Assembly: GCA_013265495.1 (NCBI GenBank)
Contig: MU063886.1
Span: 1,923,486-1,987,485 of the forward strand
Length of the DNA stretch: 64,000 bases
Direction of reading: 5' to 3'
DNA from: Vicugna vicugna
Lineage: Eukaryota
Shown here: in pieces, positions 62,091-64,000 of the stretch
Layout of the letters: every line of letters begins with the position of its first letter
Position numbering within the stretch: position 1 is the stretch's first letter
Notes under the pieces: model-generated
Database searches by the model: none
Told to the model about the DNA's origin: nothing
Seen by the model: the letters and a program-made list of their open reading frames with translations, nothing else
Position numbers and translations under genes: made by a program

Positions 62091-63642
62091 ACAGCTTTAG
62101 ATATGGCTTCTGTAAGACTTCTCTGGGTAGGTGATATTTGAACTGACCCCTAAATGAAGACAGAGGGAGTCACAAGAGGACCTGATGGACGTACTTCCCA
62201 GGACGAGTGTGGGTGCCACCCAGAGATGGATGGATTCGGTGTATCTGAAGGACAGCAGGGGGCTGGTAGGACAGCATCGTCCCGGACATGGGGAGCAGTC
62301 CTAAGGGCGTGAGCGAGGTCGCCAGAGGACAGGTCCAGGGGCCTTGAAAGCAACTTGAAAAACACTTTGGACCAGTTAAACCGTCAGCTGTCCTGGTGGG
62401 TGTCAAAAGCCCTTTAACTCAATGGTCCTGGTTTCCTTGGGGATTTGAGGGGCGGCGTCCCAAGCAGTACGCTGAGTGAGCCTCCTGCCTCTCTTGCCCA
62501 CCCAGCCATCACTCACCTGAATCCCCACCTACCCCGAGCTCCTCTGAGCAAGCAGATGGGTGCCTTGAGGCACCTTCTCGCTAATCAACATTGCGCAGGA
62601 GGGACAGTGGGACACTATGCTTACAAAGAAGTCCTTTTCTTTGTCCCTTTTTCCCAGTCGATCATGCCTGGGGCCTGTATGAAACTCCAAGGATAAGCAT
62701 CAGGAGCTCCTTCTCCATCTGGATGGGAAAAGTGGACGAGACACCATGTCAGAGGGCCTGGGGGCCCTAAGGACGCTGTGGGCGTCTTTGAAATCAGTCA
62801 GCCAACAGGCCGTGGAGTAAACCCCTGGGAACGTATCACTAAATCTAGAAGAGAAGTCTATTTCCAGCCCAAATGACTTCAGAATTCTGCTCGGACTTTC
62901 AAACATGGAGGCCTGCCTAATGTTTCCAAGGAGAAGCCAAAAGCTGGGCCCGGCGGGTGCAGGACAGACCCCCGTCCAAGGTGACAAAGGGGACAACCAG
63001 ACTACTCCAGCCTTTGGAGAACGCTACCAGGCTTGCACGCTGGCTTATGTGTTCTTTCAGTTTTCAAATGATTCTAAACAAACCCAAATTTATATTTCTA
63101 TATTTAGCAGCGCCCAGTTTGATTCTGATCCTGTCTGGAGACTGCCTGGCCTTCAGCCAGTGATTAAATTCGTCTGTGGGATATCTATCGCTCTGAGCTG
63201 ACCAGTCATGTGATATTTTTAGCAACTGTAATATAACGTTGGTAGAATGGTGCATTTTTGGGACTTCGTAAAGTAATCTCTAATACAGTTGAAAAGCCGT
63301 GTCCCTTATTAACCCCATCAAGGCTACAGATCTCTGCAAGCCAAGAGAAATCGATTTCTTGATTACCGAGACAGCTGAGACCAGAGTATCTCCGTGGCAG
63401 GATCCCTCCAACGAAACATATCCTCAGGGCGGGTCCAGCAAAGGGCATCTTTTTCGCCTCATCGGAAAAGAGATGAGGAAGAAGTCGGGAAAGCGGGGAC
63501 AAGCCCTTTCTATTTTTTTTAAATCACACTTGTTAATATCACGACTGATCCTACCGGAAAAATCTTTAAGCATCGAACACCTGTCAAGCTCATTAAAAGC
63601 CCTTTCTAAAACAGCCAGTCTTGTGAGCCCTAACCGACCCAC

Positions 63643-63930
63643 CTGCTGCATGAAAAGCCTTCCCCAGTGCCCCCCCGCGCCCGCCGCTGCCGGGCTCGCC
63701 GCCGCGCCCTGAGCTCCCCCGGCCCAGGCCTCCCTCCCCGGCTCTCCGCGCGAATCTCTTCCGCAGCGAAGTCCTCACCCTGCCTGCCAAGGCCCAGCTC
63801 AGCGCTGCGCTGCCCACCAAACCTCCTCGCACCATCCGCGGCAGAAGCAGCTATCCCTCGTCCTCCTGTAATTTCTTAGACACACGCACGCACACACACA
63901 CATGCAACGTTGCCAGCCTGCTATTTAATC
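63643..63930 (-). promoter_or_regulatory. CpG-rich promoter / candidate first exon of an unidentified minus-strand gene
   Basis: Sharp GC/CpG peak at 63670-63850; TATA-like TTAAATA (63922-63928, minus strand); candidate donors AGG|GTGAGG (exon end 63779) and CAG|GTGGGT (exon end 63643). The exon call is inference. Confidence 0.55.
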
Positions 63931-64000
63931 ACTACCGAGGAGCAGTGAAACCTGCTGAAAACGAGAGGAACAGACGATCACCACCAACCACACCTTCCTC

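Overview
Eukaryotic (mammalian) genomic DNA, most likely from a camelid. This is inferred from two vic-1-like tRNA-derived SINEs and cetartiodactyl-type L1 3' ends; I saw no Alu, BovB or PRE-1 elements. The window is repeat-rich intronic or intergenic sequence: old L1M/L2/MIR remnants, MaLR (MLT1) and ERVL/ERV1 LTRs, hAT and Tigger DNA transposons, younger L1 3' ends with target-site duplications (TSDs), four minisatellites and four assembly gaps. I could not recognise any protein-coding gene. The listed ORFs look like chance ORFs, repeat read-through or N-gap artefacts. A CpG-rich promoter-like region with candidate first-exon splice donors on the minus strand lies at about 63.6-63.95 kb, so much of the window may be intron of an unidentified gene. 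The most interesting oddities are a ~330-bp TSD-flanked element made of an L1 5' head fused to an L1 3' tail (38.4 kb), two ultra-short L1 insertions, a candidate 25-nt L1 3' transduction, and minisatellites born inside LTRs (48.5 kb and 51 kb, the latter next to a tRNA-Leu primer-binding-site match). Repeat family names come from recalled consensus sequences, not alignments, and the boundaries of old elements are approximate. I found no convincing novel biological system.
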